Source: an uncultured Gammaproteobacteria bacterium
GTDB lineage: Bacteria > Patescibacteriota > Microgenomatia > UBA10105 > UBA927
Assembly: GCA_964629685.1 (NCBI GenBank)
Contig: CAZVTT010000002.1
Coordinates: 51,468-115,467 of the forward strand
Direction: 5' to 3'
Length of the DNA: 64,000 bases
Shown here: in pieces, positions 10,643 to 21,117 of the stretch
Layout: each line of letters starts with the position of its first letter
Position numbering within the stretch: the stretch's first letter is position 1
The notes under the pieces: generated by a model
What the model saw: the letters and a program-made list of their open reading frames with translations, nothing else
What the model was told of the DNA's origin: nothing
The model's database searches: none
Program-made: the position numbers and the translations under genes

Positions 10643-11200
10643 ATGGGCAAAGAGACCGGAATTGGTTATACCGTGCGGCGGGTTCTACCCGAACGCGTTA
10701 TGCATCGCATAGATACGGTTAAATTACGTATCGGTGCCGTTGATGCTGTTTCCCTGGTTGATTTCGTTTCCTCCTGTCCCAGTCCGGCCTTCCGGTATCA
10801 CGAGACGGAAAATCCTTTATGGAAACGATGGGGCCAACTGTTCTGGGGATATTATACGGATGCCGACACGGATGCCCGGCAGTTGCTGGTTTCGGAAATG
10901 TCAGGAAGGTTGCGTCCATATCTGCAGGTTGTGGCAGCAGAAATGGCTTGGCAGGCAAACATTGCCCGGGACGTCCCAACGCAAAAGCCAACCAGGGACC
11001 AATTGGAATCTGCTGAACCATTTGTAGAATTTCTCCTTTTGCTCCGTGACCAGCATACTCCGGATACTTCCGTATATGCGAACTTTCAGGAGGAGGTAAG
11101 GTTAAATACCGTACTACCACGTTCGGTAAAAAACCGAGTGCTGGGTTTACCCGATATAGAAGATCAGGAAGAACCGGAATCGGATACCGCTTCCGTGTAA
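10643..11200 (+). CDS. hypothetical protein
   Basis: 185-aa ORF with acidic C-terminus and no recognised motif. Confidence 0.5.
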   Translation: MGKETGIGYTVRRVLPERVMHRIDTVKLRIGAVDAVSLVDFVSSCPSPAFRYHETENPLWKRWGQLFWGYYTDADTDARQLLVSEMSGRLRPYLQVVAAEMAWQANIARDVPTQKPTRDQLESAEPFVEFLLLLRDQHTPDTSVYANFQEEVRLNTVLPRSVKNRVLGLPDIEDQEEPESDTASV

Positions 11201-11221
11201 TACTGCCGTGCGGGGTATACG

Positions 11222-12088
11222 TTATCCCGGTATTATTTTCCCGATATACCGTTTAACCTGCGGGAGAATTCCTGGCTGACGGACAGACATACACTGTAGA
11301 ATTTTTGGAAGAACTTCATCCGTAGCAATTTCACCGGATTTGATGACGGCGGCACTACCTTTTGCCGTCATAAATTTGCTGAAGAGTCCTACCGTACCGA
11401 CTTTTGGATAAATTACGACGTCCGCTAGTTGCGCATTCTCCCTTGCCAAATGCAGTGTAAGTGTCGCCACGGAACGGCTTATAAGTGTATTAAATCCGTA
11501 TTTTTGTTCGGGAACAATATCCGCATACGTTTCATTTACATTTACTGCAATAACTATGTCTGCCCCCATGTCACGTACAACCTGTACGGGGACGGGCATG
11601 GACGTACCGCCGTCTACCAATATCATGCCGTCTTTAAGTACCGGTTTAAACAGTATCGGTATAGAAATGCTGGCCCGGACAGCGTCCACTAAATTGCCCT
11701 TACTGAAAGTTACCGTTTTTCCGCCAACCAGATCCGTAGCTACTGCCGTAAACGGAATTTTTAAGCCGGAAAAATCTTCGTCTACATATTTTTGAATTAG
11801 GGTACTAATACGTTGACCGCGCAGCAATCCGTGGCGGATAGAAGGTTCCAAAAAAATAGGTAATAGCTGTGGCCAGTTAAGTTGTAAAGCCAGTTGCTCC
11901 AATTTATGGATATCTTTCATTGACGCGTAAGCAGCTCCTACTAAAGCGCCAATGCTTGTTCCGGCAATGTAGTCTATCGGAATATTTTCGCGCTCCAATA
12001 CCTTAATGACACCAATGTGCGCGAGACCTTTTGCTCCGCCTGAACCCAGGGCCAGTCCAATGGTGGGACGACTTCCGAATAATTTCAT
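11222..12088 (-). CDS. patatin-like phospholipase
   Basis: Oxyanion GSGGAKG; nucleophile elbow GTSIG (GxSxG); catalytic DGG. Confidence 0.85.
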   Translation of the reverse strand: MKLFGSRPTIGLALGSGGAKGLAHIGVIKVLERENIPIDYIAGTSIGALVGAAYASMKDIHKLEQLALQLNWPQLLPIFLEPSIRHGLLRGQRISTLIQKYVDEDFSGLKIPFTAVATDLVGGKTVTFSKGNLVDAVRASISIPILFKPVLKDGMILVDGGTSMPVPVQVVRDMGADIVIAVNVNETYADIVPEQKYGFNTLISRSVATLTLHLARENAQLADVVIYPKVGTVGLFSKFMTAKGSAAVIKSGEIATDEVLPKILQCMSVRQPGILPQVKRYIGKIIPG

Positions 12089-12173
12089 GCATGTAGTATA
12101 CTACGAAATGCTAAAATAACCGGTAACATATCCCGTCAGGATATGCCGTACGGTTATTTGCTATAATCCGCAT

Positions 12174-12962
12174 ATGAACGAACCAGCCTTTATTCAACTC
12201 GTGGCCGATTACGGTGTGGGTGATCCGGCGTTCGGGGAAGTAATTCAGAAATTACAACTGTTAGCACCCGGTGTGCGCGTGCATCCGACCAGTGTGCCGG
12301 CTTTCAGCACCCTGTCCACCGGCTTCTGGACATATCAGTATGCCATGGTGAATGCGTTGCCCGGCATGGGGATATACACAAATACCGCGCCCCGCAAAGA
12401 CAGGAAGGAATCCCGGGAAAACAACGAAGGCGAACGGTTAGTTTACGCAAAACTGAAAAACGGTGTCCAAATTATCGGGGTAAACGCAGGGTATTGTTTT
12501 TCCTTTGTAAAACCATTCATTGCAGAATTTGTCGCGGTTAATGTAGCCAATAAAGGATCACAGTTTCGTTCCCGGGATTTTTATCCGGAAGCGGTGATCG
12601 GCATATTACGGGGAGATGCTCAATTTCATGGAAATAGTATGCCGTTAGCTGCTATTCCGGACGTCCCCCAAAATAAAATTGCCTGGATAGACGGTTATGG
12701 CAATATAAAAACTTCCGTACGCCGATCGGCTTTGTCTTTGGAAGTGGGCAAACCATTAACGATAACGTTAAACGGTATGAAGCGGACAGCGTTTTTTTCC
12801 GATGGAACTTTTGCCGTCAGGGAGGGCGAACTGGCATTTTCTCCCGGTTCATCCGGAGGCGATGATAAATTTATGGAAATATTTCTCCGGGGTTTATCGG
12901 CCTGGAAGGAATTCGGTAAACCGCATGTGGAAGATGAGTTTTCGGTTGGGGTGACAACCTGA
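12174..12962 (+). CDS. DUF62-family SAM hydroxide adenosyltransferase-like protein (SAM hydrolase / fluorinase-chlorinase fold)
   Basis: N-terminal ADYGVGDPAFGEVIQKL resembles TDFGxxDxYVGxMKGVI. C-terminal WIDGYGNIKT...FSPGSSGG...FMEIFLRG matches the DUF62 C-domain pattern. Sits 1.5 kb from ahcY. Confidence 0.6.
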   Translation: MNEPAFIQLVADYGVGDPAFGEVIQKLQLLAPGVRVHPTSVPAFSTLSTGFWTYQYAMVNALPGMGIYTNTAPRKDRKESRENNEGERLVYAKLKNGVQIIGVNAGYCFSFVKPFIAEFVAVNVANKGSQFRSRDFYPEAVIGILRGDAQFHGNSMPLAAIPDVPQNKIAWIDGYGNIKTSVRRSALSLEVGKPLTITLNGMKRTAFFSDGTFAVREGELAFSPGSSGGDDKFMEIFLRGLSAWKEFGKPHVEDEFSVGVTT

Positions 12963-13567
12963 TGGAACGGTTTCTCCGTCGTCCGTTGGATTTTTTCAGT
13001 GCACCATACCGTCGTCAGCGTATCCTCTATAAACTTCATCATGAGCATAACTCTAGTGATGTATTGTCCGCTATCCGCGATATTAAGACTCCGGACGATT
13101 TATTATATGTGAACACCGTACTGAATGAGGAATTGTCCCGCCGGAAAAACGAAAAACCTAAAAGTATCCATATTGAGATTCCGCCGGAACCGGTAGAGCC
13201 ATCGATAACGGATATCCGGCTGAATCTGTACGGTATTAATTCTCCCGGGTGGCAGCACTCCGTAGATGTTTTGCTGGTACATGCGCTGTTATCGAAAGAC
13301 AGGTTTAACCTGTCGGCCTTGTCCGGTATAGAACATGATTTTACTCCCTGGCAGCAGGGGTTACTTACGTCGTTGTGTTACTGGTACGGTTCATCCTGGC
13401 ACAGACAAACCTGGTTACCGGACATGACGAACGGTATGTATGCTGCCATGGAAACGGAAAGTGCGCGTTCGGAATATACTACTGCGCTGTCTGATTTTTC
13501 GGTTCCGTACCGGGTGGGAAATGAAGGAATTGTGTTTGAATATTACTTCGGTGAGGTACACGAATAG
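12962..13567 (+). CDS. hypothetical protein
   Basis: 201-aa ORF; its start overlaps the upstream stop (ATGA). Confidence 0.5.
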   Translation: MERFLRRPLDFFSAPYRRQRILYKLHHEHNSSDVLSAIRDIKTPDDLLYVNTVLNEELSRRKNEKPKSIHIEIPPEPVEPSITDIRLNLYGINSPGWQHSVDVLLVHALLSKDRFNLSALSGIEHDFTPWQQGLLTSLCYWYGSSWHRQTWLPDMTNGMYAAMETESARSEYTTALSDFSVPYRVGNEGIVFEYYFGEVHE

Positions 13568-13643
13568 TAATCTTGCCGTGCGTATTGTTTTTTGCTGCGG
13601 AGTTGTTGCAAAGCAGGGATTGGTCGGTATACCATAGCAACAT

Positions 13644-14558
13644 ATGCGGGACTTTATTTTGTTTTCCGGAAGTAGTAATCAACCCTTAGCTGCAGCAGTA
13701 GCCGAAAAACTCGGTATTCAACTCGGGAAGGTAGACTTAACCAGATTTGCCGATGGTGAATTACGTCCGTGGATTCAGGAGGATGTACGGGATAAAACGG
13801 TTGTGGTGTTAAATTCACTCAGCAATCCCATAGACCATAATGTCATGGAAATGGTACTCCTGGGGGATGCGATCAGACGGAGTGCACCCAAAACGATGAT
13901 AGCAGTCGTGCCCTATATGGGCTACTCCCGTCAGGATAAGCAGCATCGGGTGGGGGAGCCGGTCTCTGCGCGGGTGATTGCTAAAATGTTGGAAATTTCC
14001 AAGTATCGCGAAGTTATGTCTGTCGATTTGCACAATGACGCCATCGTGGGATTTTTTCAGGTTCCGGTTACGCATTTGGCTGCATTAACCATTCTTGCCG
14101 ATGAAGTCAAAAAATTAAAATTGGTAAATCCCGTGGTGATCTCACCTGATGTCGGTGGAGTTAAACGCGCTCGGAATTTTGCATATGCCCTCGATGTTCC
14201 TATGGTAGTAATGGAAAAGAAGCGGTATCTGGATCGGTACGATCAGAGTGAAACGTTTCAGATCATCGGTGATGTTTCCGGTAAAACCGCCATTATTGTA
14301 GACGACATTATTTCTACCGGCGGAACCATTGTAAACAGCGCTAAGTCGTTGATAGCCGCAGGCGTTAAAAGTGTCGTCGTGTGTGCGACGCATGCTGTTA
14401 TGACCGGAGAGGCTGCCAAGAATCTGGAAGCAGCGCCATTGGAAACGGTTATTCTCACTGACTCAATCTTAATTCCCCCGGAAAAGCGGTTTTCTAAGTT
14501 GAAAGTGGCGTCACTCGCTCCGGTAATTGCCCAGGCATTATCCGGAGTAGTCGGGTAA
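13644..14558 (+). CDS. prs: ribose-phosphate pyrophosphokinase (PRPP synthetase)
   Basis: RFADGE; PRPP-binding loop VDDIISTGGT; 304 aa. Confidence 0.9.
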   Translation: MRDFILFSGSSNQPLAAAVAEKLGIQLGKVDLTRFADGELRPWIQEDVRDKTVVVLNSLSNPIDHNVMEMVLLGDAIRRSAPKTMIAVVPYMGYSRQDKQHRVGEPVSARVIAKMLEISKYREVMSVDLHNDAIVGFFQVPVTHLAALTILADEVKKLKLVNPVVISPDVGGVKRARNFAYALDVPMVVMEKKRYLDRYDQSETFQIIGDVSGKTAIIVDDIISTGGTIVNSAKSLIAAGVKSVVVCATHAVMTGEAAKNLEAAPLETVILTDSILIPPEKRFSKLKVASLAPVIAQALSGVVG

Positions 14559-14567
14559 AATAACCCC

Positions 14568-15185
14568 ATGGAAATAGTTCCCAAAGCAGTATCACGACTG
14601 ATTGAATCGTTTGAACGGTTACCCGGCATTGGTCCGAAAACCGCACAGCGTTTAGTGTTTTATCTGTTGCATGTGCCTCAGGGGGATCTGGATAAGTTTG
14701 GTGATTATTTAAAGTCCTTAAAAACTTCCACCGTTTTGTGCAGCGTATGCCGCAATATTGCAGACAATGATCCGTGTGTTATTTGTGAAAATCCGGCACG
14801 CGATACGGAAATAGTCTGTGTGGTAGAACAGCCGACGGATGTTTTGTCGCTGGAACGAACCGGGAAATTCAGAGGCAGATATCACGTGCTTCACGGGCAT
14901 ATTGATCCGCTCAATAATATTGGCCCTGATGAGTTGTATATAACTGATTTACTGAAGCGGATAGAAGCACCGGACTCCCGGATTTCTGAAGTACTCCTGG
15001 CTACCAATCCGAATATGGAAGGGGAAGCTACAGCCATGTACATCCAAAAACAAGTGGAATTGCACAGCAACGGCAGGCAAATTGCCTGTTCACGTTTGGC
15101 ACATGGTTTACCGGTCGGCGGTGATCTGGAATATGCCGATGAAGTCACACTTTCGAGGGCGATAGAGGGCAGACGCACGTATTAG
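14568..15185 (+). CDS. recR: recombination protein RecR
   Basis: HhH LPGIGPKTAQRL; C4 zinc finger CSVCRN...CVIC; Toprim. Confidence 0.9.
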   Translation: MEIVPKAVSRLIESFERLPGIGPKTAQRLVFYLLHVPQGDLDKFGDYLKSLKTSTVLCSVCRNIADNDPCVICENPARDTEIVCVVEQPTDVLSLERTGKFRGRYHVLHGHIDPLNNIGPDELYITDLLKRIEAPDSRISEVLLATNPNMEGEATAMYIQKQVELHSNGRQIACSRLAHGLPVGGDLEYADEVTLSRAIEGRRTY

Positions 15186-15274
15186 TATTAAATCTCCTAG
15201 TATTTCATTCTGTATCTACTACAATAGTGTGTTATATCACGGGTTTTACAGTACCCCGTAAAAAGGAGGACTAT

Positions 15275-15577
15275 ATGAAAGGATTTCTGGAGTTTGTCAG
15301 AGAACAGGGCGTGGTGGGCTTGGCGGTAGGTTTTATACTCGGCGGCGCGGTATCTAAAGTAGTGGCGTCGTTGGTCTCGGATATTATTAATCCCGTTTTA
15401 GGAATATTGCTGGGTGCGGCCGGAGATTTAGCTACCATGTCGCTTAAAGTAGGTTCAGCAGAAATTATGTGGGGTAAGTTTATAAATACGGGTATAGATT
15501 TCCTGGTAATTGCGTTGGTGGTATATTTCGGGGTAAAGCGATTAGGATTGGATAAAATAGATAAGAAAAAAAGTTAA
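15275..15577 (+). CDS. mscL: large-conductance mechanosensitive channel
   Basis: MKGFLEFVREQGVVGLAVGFILGGA...; RBS aaaggagga. Confidence 0.85.
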   Translation: MKGFLEFVREQGVVGLAVGFILGGAVSKVVASLVSDIINPVLGILLGAAGDLATMSLKVGSAEIMWGKFINTGIDFLVIALVVYFGVKRLGLDKIDKKKS

Positions 15578-15667
15578 GAGAAATACAAAGAGCGTCAAGG
15601 GAGATTGTCTGCGCGGGGCAGGTCTGTTGACGCTCAGTTGTTTTGCACCTTTCGCACATTCGTTAAA

Positions 15668-15970
15668 TCAGTTATATCGTTCGTTGATCTTAGGGTATCT
15701 TCCCGCGATAGCGTTCCAGCGGAACAGCGATCTTTCTTTTTCGCTTTTCCCGTCAAGAAGCAAAACTCGGACATCGTGAGGGTATTTGTATACCCGATGA
15801 TGGTTGCCCGGGTCAATCACAGGACGTAGCAGTTGCGTTTGTATTTCTTCGTCGGAGTATCCCACGATGACGTGTACGATGACGCCGTCAGCGGTGAATA
15901 CCATACCAATGGCTTTCTCGCCGTGTTGGTCGATGATTTCGCCGAGTGTTGGGTTTTGGTTTGTTGACAT
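15668..15970 (-). CDS. hypothetical protein
   Basis: 100-aa ORF preferred over the overlapping + ORF 15605-15829 on amino-acid composition. No family recognised. Confidence 0.4.
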   Translation of the reverse strand: MSTNQNPTLGEIIDQHGEKAIGMVFTADGVIVHVIVGYSDEEIQTQLLRPVIDPGNHHRVYKYPHDVRVLLLDGKSEKERSLFRWNAIAGRYPKINERYN

Positions 15971-16173
15971 CCGTTCTCCTCGTAACTACCTGATTTATTG
16001 TTTGTGCGTTAAGGTGCGTGCGACTGCAAGCGTGTTTTTGGTACCAAGCGTAGTGTGGTGTAACACTTGCAACAGCATATAAGTGTACCATTTCGGCATA
16101 CCGGTGTCAAATACTATAGGACTATATTTGCCAGTGGTCAGGTGGGGTTTGAGCGTGGTATGCTAGGTAATAC

Positions 16174-16476
16174 ATGGCTACAGAAGCAGATGTTATTACC
16201 GTGTTAAAGGAAATCCCGGATCCGGAAATTGGAGTCTCTTTGTGGGATTTGGGGCTTATCTATGGCATCACGTTTAAGGATAAGGGTATTGTGGAGGTGC
16301 GGGTAACCCTGACATCCATCGGCTGTCCGTTATTTAATCTGATATCCGAACCGATTAAAACAAAGGTCGGTGCCCTGGACGGTGTGAAAGGGGTTGAGGT
16401 GGAATTAACGTTTGAACCCCCATGGACACCCGACAAAATGTCTGAAGATGCCAAATTGCAGTTAGGCTTTGTTTAA
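16174..16476 (+). CDS. DUF59/MIP18-family Fe-S cluster assembly protein (SufT-like)
   Basis: DPEIGVSLWDLGLIY ... TSIGCP motif. Confidence 0.8.
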   Translation: MATEADVITVLKEIPDPEIGVSLWDLGLIYGITFKDKGIVEVRVTLTSIGCPLFNLISEPIKTKVGALDGVKGVEVELTFEPPWTPDKMSEDAKLQLGFV

Positions 16477-16485
16477 TTGCTTACT

Positions 16486-16965
16486 ATGCCCGGAGGACCA
16501 GGAAATATCATCGGGGAGCTGTCAGAGCTCGGGAAACAGATAGGCACGGAAGCCGCAAAGGTACCGGCAGATCTTACCGGAAAAGCACTGGAAAGCTTAG
16601 GCATGTCCGGTGGGAAAAAAGGACAACACGGATCTCCGTCCAAGTCCGTGCAAATGCCGCATGAACGAACCGCCAATCCTACTGCATGGGAATCTATAGA
16701 TCAGGAAAGTGATATTCAAATTAAAAAAAGTATTGCCAGAGCAGCCCTGGAAGAACTTATTCATCCTAAACCGAAACAGCGTGAACCTTCAATTTGGGAA
16801 CGGATTCAGATGGAAGAGAATCAGAAAAAAGAACAGGCTGCGAAAAAAGCTGCAACTCAAAATACAATACCCATGCCTTCCGGTAAAAAAGCCCGAGGTG
16901 ACCTGTATGGCGTTAAAGCTAAACGGCAGGGATCCGAATTGGGAAAGAATGTAAAGCACGATTAA
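16486..16965 (+). CDS. hypothetical Lys-rich hydrophilic protein
   Basis: Low-complexity, K/E-rich; ATG at 16486 preferred over the upstream TTG. Confidence 0.45.
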   Translation: MPGGPGNIIGELSELGKQIGTEAAKVPADLTGKALESLGMSGGKKGQHGSPSKSVQMPHERTANPTAWESIDQESDIQIKKSIARAALEELIHPKPKQREPSIWERIQMEENQKKEQAAKKAATQNTIPMPSGKKARGDLYGVKAKRQGSELGKNVKHD

Positions 16966-17037
16966 TTGTCGGCGTTTCCGTGATTAGGTTTATGCGGTAT
17001 ACTACCTGTCACAACAGTATGCGAAGGTTTATCCACT

Positions 17038-18492
17038 ATGCAGTTTTATAACACGTTAACCAAATCCATAGCCGAATTTAAACCACTGTTACCGAATCAG
17101 GTGAGTATTTATGCCTGTGGTCCGACTGTTTACGATTATGCCCATATCGGAAATTTCCGGACATATACGCTCACGGATCTGGTTGTGCGGGCGTTAAAGC
17201 GCGCCGGTTACTCCGTCAAATATGTAATGAATATTACGGATGTGGGGCATTTGGTGTCCGACGCGGATTCAGGAGAAGATAAAATGGAAAAAGGTGCGCG
17301 TCGGGAAGGAAAAAGTGCATGGGATATTGCCAAATATTTTACGGACGTATTTTTGTCCGACAGTACAAAGCTTAATTTGCTTGAACCGGATGTCCGTCCG
17401 AAACCAACCGAACATATTCCGGAACAAATTGCTATGGTACAGGCGTTACTTGATCGAGGGTATGCATACGTCATAGATGACGGCATTTATTTTGATACAT
17501 CAAAATTTTCCGGTTATGGTGCATTAACCGGTCAGAATTTGGAAGAGCTAAAAGCCGGGGCCCGTGTGGAGATGAATCCGCAGAAACGGAATTTAACGGA
17601 TTTTGCTCTGTGGAAGTTCAGTTATCCGATGGGACGTGCATTTGACTCCAAATTGGATGATCCGAAACTTGTCAGACAGATGGAGTGGGACAGTCCCTGG
17701 GGAAAAGGGTTTCCCGGATGGCATATAGAGTGTTCTGCCATGATCAGAAAACATTTGGGGGATCAGATAGATATACACACCGGCGGAATGGACTTGGTTC
17801 CCGTGCATCACACCAATGAAATTGCCCAAAGTGAAGCTACCACCGGAAAAGTTCCGTTCGTGGAATATTGGGTTCATGGGCAATTTATTCAGGTAGACGG
17901 GGAAAAAATGTCCAAAAGTAAAGGAAATTTTTATCGTTTAGCCGACATAGAGGCTAAAGGATATGACCCATTGGCGTTACGGTACCTGTATCTTACGGCC
18001 CATTACCGCACATTTCTTAATTTTACCTGGAACGGACTGGATGCTGCCCAAAATGCACTCCGTGAGCTGCGTAATCACATCGTTACGCTTAGAGAACAAA
18101 TGCAGCAGGGAGAGCGGGTACAGTTATCACCGGAAAAATTACGGAAAGTAGATGAATACAGGCAGTCATTTACACATGCATTATCATTGGATTTAAATCT
18201 TCCCCGCGCGTTATCGGTTGTATGGGAAGTCGTTAAATCAAATATTCCGGCAGGTGACAAATATGATTTGTTGCTGGATTTTGATGAAGTATTAGGTCTC
18301 GATCTTGCACACGTGAGCGGGAAACCCGTTGCGGAAATACCCGCAGAAATCCAACAGCTCGGAGATAAACGGTTTGCATTGCGGGCTGCAAAAAAATTCA
18401 GCGAAGCGGATGCCATACGTGAACAATTAACCGCAAAAGGATTTGAAGTCAAAGATACCGCTACGGGAACGGTAGTTACCAGGAAGCCATAA
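17038..18492 (+). CDS. cysS: cysteinyl-tRNA synthetase
   Basis: HIGH (AHIGNFRTY) and KMSKS motifs; zinc-binding Cys residues; 484 aa. Confidence 0.95.
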   Translation: MQFYNTLTKSIAEFKPLLPNQVSIYACGPTVYDYAHIGNFRTYTLTDLVVRALKRAGYSVKYVMNITDVGHLVSDADSGEDKMEKGARREGKSAWDIAKYFTDVFLSDSTKLNLLEPDVRPKPTEHIPEQIAMVQALLDRGYAYVIDDGIYFDTSKFSGYGALTGQNLEELKAGARVEMNPQKRNLTDFALWKFSYPMGRAFDSKLDDPKLVRQMEWDSPWGKGFPGWHIECSAMIRKHLGDQIDIHTGGMDLVPVHHTNEIAQSEATTGKVPFVEYWVHGQFIQVDGEKMSKSKGNFYRLADIEAKGYDPLALRYLYLTAHYRTFLNFTWNGLDAAQNALRELRNHIVTLREQMQQGERVQLSPEKLRKVDEYRQSFTHALSLDLNLPRALSVVWEVVKSNIPAGDKYDLLLDFDEVLGLDLAHVSGKPVAEIPAEIQQLGDKRFALRAAKKFSEADAIREQLTAKGFEVKDTATGTVVTRKP

Positions 18493-18545
18493 ATCATGCG
18501 TAATTTTCCTGCATAACTTCCGGTCGGAAGAGGATAAGCGCTCGT

Positions 18546-18944
18546 TCAGCGCATCGGGACGATGGCGGTGGCAGTGAGTGTTTTGCTGCTGGCAATAAAC
18601 GTTTCCGCTACAACACTGATAATAACCTTAGTTCCCGGAGAAAGGGAAGTAACCGAAACGTTTGCGGGCGGAGTAACAGTCCACGACCCAAGGGATTTAC
18701 TTCCTGCTTCAGCATCTTCGAACATCAAGTTGTCTACTGTCACCGTATTTGTATTTTCATCAACTTCGGTAACTGTCCCTACAAATTTTAAAGCGGACGC
18801 CACGGCAGCTTTTGCTCTGATATCGGTGGTGGTGCCGTCATCTTTTTTCGCTGACGTACCCAAAATAGTAATGACCATAATACCAAGAAGCACAAAAATA
18901 ACACTGCCGGCAAAGAAAATAATAGAATTTTTTCCGCTGTTCAT
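18546..18944 (-). CDS. hypothetical membrane-anchored protein
   Basis: N-terminal TM helix IIFFAGSVIFVLLGIMVITILG then a Thr-rich soluble domain. The antisense + ORF 18562-19029 was rejected. Confidence 0.4.
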   Translation of the reverse strand: MNSGKNSIIFFAGSVIFVLLGIMVITILGTSAKKDDGTTTDIRAKAAVASALKFVGTVTEVDENTNTVTVDNLMFEDAEAGSKSLGSWTVTPPANVSVTSLSPGTKVIISVVAETFIASSKTLTATAIVPMR

Positions 18945-19057
18945 AGTGAGGCTATTGTTTCACTCACACTGCAAGGCTGTCAAGTATCCGGCTTTCCATT
19001 GCATTAGGACTCCGGGTTTTTTATACTGATGAACAGACAAGGAGCGGTAAATACATT

Positions 19058-19267
19058 ATGACAAAACTTTTGTATATTTTATTCGGGTTAATGGCAACTG
19101 CATTTATCGTTGGTGCCGGGTATTACGTCATTAAGCCACCGTCTCCCGATAAAACACTTGTTCCCAGGCTAACTCCCAGTCCCACTCCCGAAACTGAGTT
19201 TCAGGAAGGGTTTTTTAACGAAAACGCGGAAGAACAACCGGCGGAAAGTCCGGCTATTACCGAATAA
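19058..19267 (+). CDS. small membrane-anchored protein
   Basis: RBS caaggag; one TM helix then Pro/Thr/Glu tail. Confidence 0.45.
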   Translation: MTKLLYILFGLMATAFIVGAGYYVIKPPSPDKTLVPRLTPSPTPETEFQEGFFNENAEEQPAESPAITE

Positions 19268-19284
19268 ATATCCGTCACAAGACT

Positions 19285-19923
19285 ATGCAACGCGGTTTTA
19301 TTGATCACGTGTTTTTATTTCTGACCAAACGGACGGTAACCGTTATTCTGCTTTTTAAAATAGTCTACGGTTTGCTGTGTATTTTTTTGTTTTTGGCCTC
19401 CGTCTCAGCGTATTACCACAATCAGTGGTTTATTACCGTCTATAAATTAGCCAGACAAAGTGGTGAAGTAGCGTTGGTGTTGTATATACTCACATGTTTA
19501 CCGGGTTTGGGACGTCGTTTGGGAGTGCGTCACAAGTTATTGGCGTTACTTATGATCTTCCGTCGACAAATCGGAATACTAATGTATATGTTCGTACTGA
19601 TTCATAGTGTGATTCTCAGGTTTATTCCGGTAATATCGGACGGTCTGCCTTTACTTCCCGATAGCTGGTTTGAAATATTCGGGAGTATTGCTTCAGGAAT
19701 GTTATTCCTGTTATTTGTTACGTCGAATGATGTCAGTGTGAAGCGTCTGGGACCGTGGTGGCACAAAATTCATCAATTAACCTATATCACGATGTTTTTT
19801 ATACTACTGCATGTGGCATTTCAGGAGATAAGCCTTTGGACTATTTTGGCCGGCCTGCTGGTAGCTGCGCAGGTGGTTTCCTATGGCGTGAGCCGCATGC
19901 GAAAGCGGAATACTTCAGGGTAA
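19285..19923 (+). CDS. polytopic membrane protein with ferric-reductase-like TM domain (MsrQ/YedZ-like)
   Basis: Paired His in TM helices (MYMFVLIHSV; WHKIHQLTYITMFFILLHV), the pattern of haem-b-binding MsrQ-type domains. Confidence 0.4.
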   Translation: MQRGFIDHVFLFLTKRTVTVILLFKIVYGLLCIFLFLASVSAYYHNQWFITVYKLARQSGEVALVLYILTCLPGLGRRLGVRHKLLALLMIFRRQIGILMYMFVLIHSVILRFIPVISDGLPLLPDSWFEIFGSIASGMLFLLFVTSNDVSVKRLGPWWHKIHQLTYITMFFILLHVAFQEISLWTILAGLLVAAQVVSYGVSRMRKRNTSG

Positions 19924-19940
19924 AACACGTTTATTGTGGT

Positions 19941-21038
19941 TTAGCGTTTCCACCAATTGGCACAACCGGCAAATACGAAAGCGCTTTCCTGGCAACCGGC
20001 TCCCGATTGTCCGTTCGTGGTAACGGACAGAATGTACCATCCCGGAAGTAAAGCCCTGATGGTTTCTGCATTGCTCACATTAGTGTTTAATCCGAATGGT
20101 CCTGATATGTGCAGCGTCGTGTCGCTGGCAAATTGTCCGGTGCCATTATGAAAAGAACCTACTCTAAATGTTTCACCGCACTGTACTCCCAGACTAGAAA
20201 CCCAGCTCTGTTGTTCGTCCCGTTGAATACGGGCCTGAGTATCACGATACGCACATGATCCCGGAGCAACTGGTGGGGGCGAAATCCACGGAGTGGGAGT
20301 CGGCGTCGGTGTGGGCTTGGTTGTCACGCATTGAACGGATACGGATGCTGTCTCCGAGCAGCCAAAGCCGGACTGTCCGTTCGTATTTACCTGAAGCACA
20401 TATATGCCGTTAATTCCTGCCGTTACCGTCTCTCCATTTCGTACTGTCCGGTAAAATCCGTTCGGACCGGTTACTACGGCAGTCGTGTCTCCGGCAAATT
20501 GTCCGGTACCGTTATGGAACGATCCGACATTAAATGTTTTCTCGCATCCAACCCGGATTGCCTGAGACCATGGTGTTCGGATTGAATTCTGTACGCGGGC
20601 TTGTGTATCACGATATTGGCACTGACCAGCCGGAATGGGTGTGGGTGTTGGAGGCGGAGGTGTATTTGGACATACAACGTTTACCGTGGCGGTTTCCGAA
20701 CATGCCGGACCGTCCTGATTATTCGTCGTTACGTTAAGTGTATATGTCCCGGGGTGTTGTACGCGAACGGTATCTCCATTGCGGAAATATCCCGTAAAGT
20801 TGCCAGGGCCGGTAACCAATAGTGACGTGTCTCCGGCAAATTGTCCGGTACCGTTATGGAACGATCCGACATTAAATGTTTTCTCACATCCTACCGTAAT
20901 TGAGGGGGCCCAGGGTACAGTTATGGAATTCTGTACACGAGCTTGGGTGTTGCCATAGGAGCATGAAGCAGCCTGTACCGAATGCGGATGCGTCAGCATT
21001 GCAAATATTGTCAGTAATCCTGCCAGTATATGTTCCAT
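19941..21038 (-). CDS. secreted protein with three tandem ~114-aa Cys-containing repeats joined by Pro/Thr linkers
   Basis: Signal peptide MEHILAGLLTIFAMLTHPHSVQA. Repeats carry CEKTFNVGSFHNGTGQFAGDT...CSETA...C; linkers TPPPPTPTPIP and TPTPTPTP. Confidence 0.75.
   Translation of the reverse strand: MEHILAGLLTIFAMLTHPHSVQAASCSYGNTQARVQNSITVPWAPSITVGCEKTFNVGSFHNGTGQFAGDTSLLVTGPGNFTGYFRNGDTVRVQHPGTYTLNVTTNNQDGPACSETATVNVVCPNTPPPPTPTPIPAGQCQYRDTQARVQNSIRTPWSQAIRVGCEKTFNVGSFHNGTGQFAGDTTAVVTGPNGFYRTVRNGETVTAGINGIYVLQVNTNGQSGFGCSETASVSVQCVTTKPTPTPTPTPWISPPPVAPGSCAYRDTQARIQRDEQQSWVSSLGVQCGETFRVGSFHNGTGQFASDTTLHISGPFGLNTNVSNAETIRALLPGWYILSVTTNGQSGAGCQESAFVFAGCANWWKR
20119..20885. repeat. Intragenic tandem DNA repeats (period ~342-366 bp) with two identical 59-bp copies
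   Basis: gtgtctccggcaaattgtccggtaccgttatggaacgatccgacattaaatgttttctc is present at 20485-20543 and 20827-20885; a diverged copy lies at ~20119-20178. Confidence 0.75.
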
Positions 21039-21117
21039 TGGTACCTCCGTACGCTCACTATTATACGGGACGTGTCAATCTGGAATGAAACGGATTTTGG
21101 GATTATACTGGTTTATA

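Noticed and set aside
10719-11120. 133-aa minus ORF and + ORFs 10734-11027 / 10819-11016 inside hypothetical gene 10643-11200
   Set aside because: Shorter, overlapping alternatives to the longest + frame. A slightly GC-richer segment reduces stop-codon density.
18562-19029. 155-aa + strand ORF overlapping the minus-strand membrane protein 18546-18944
   Set aside because: S/T/V-rich composition typical of antisense translation. The minus ORF has a credible TM anchor plus soluble domain.
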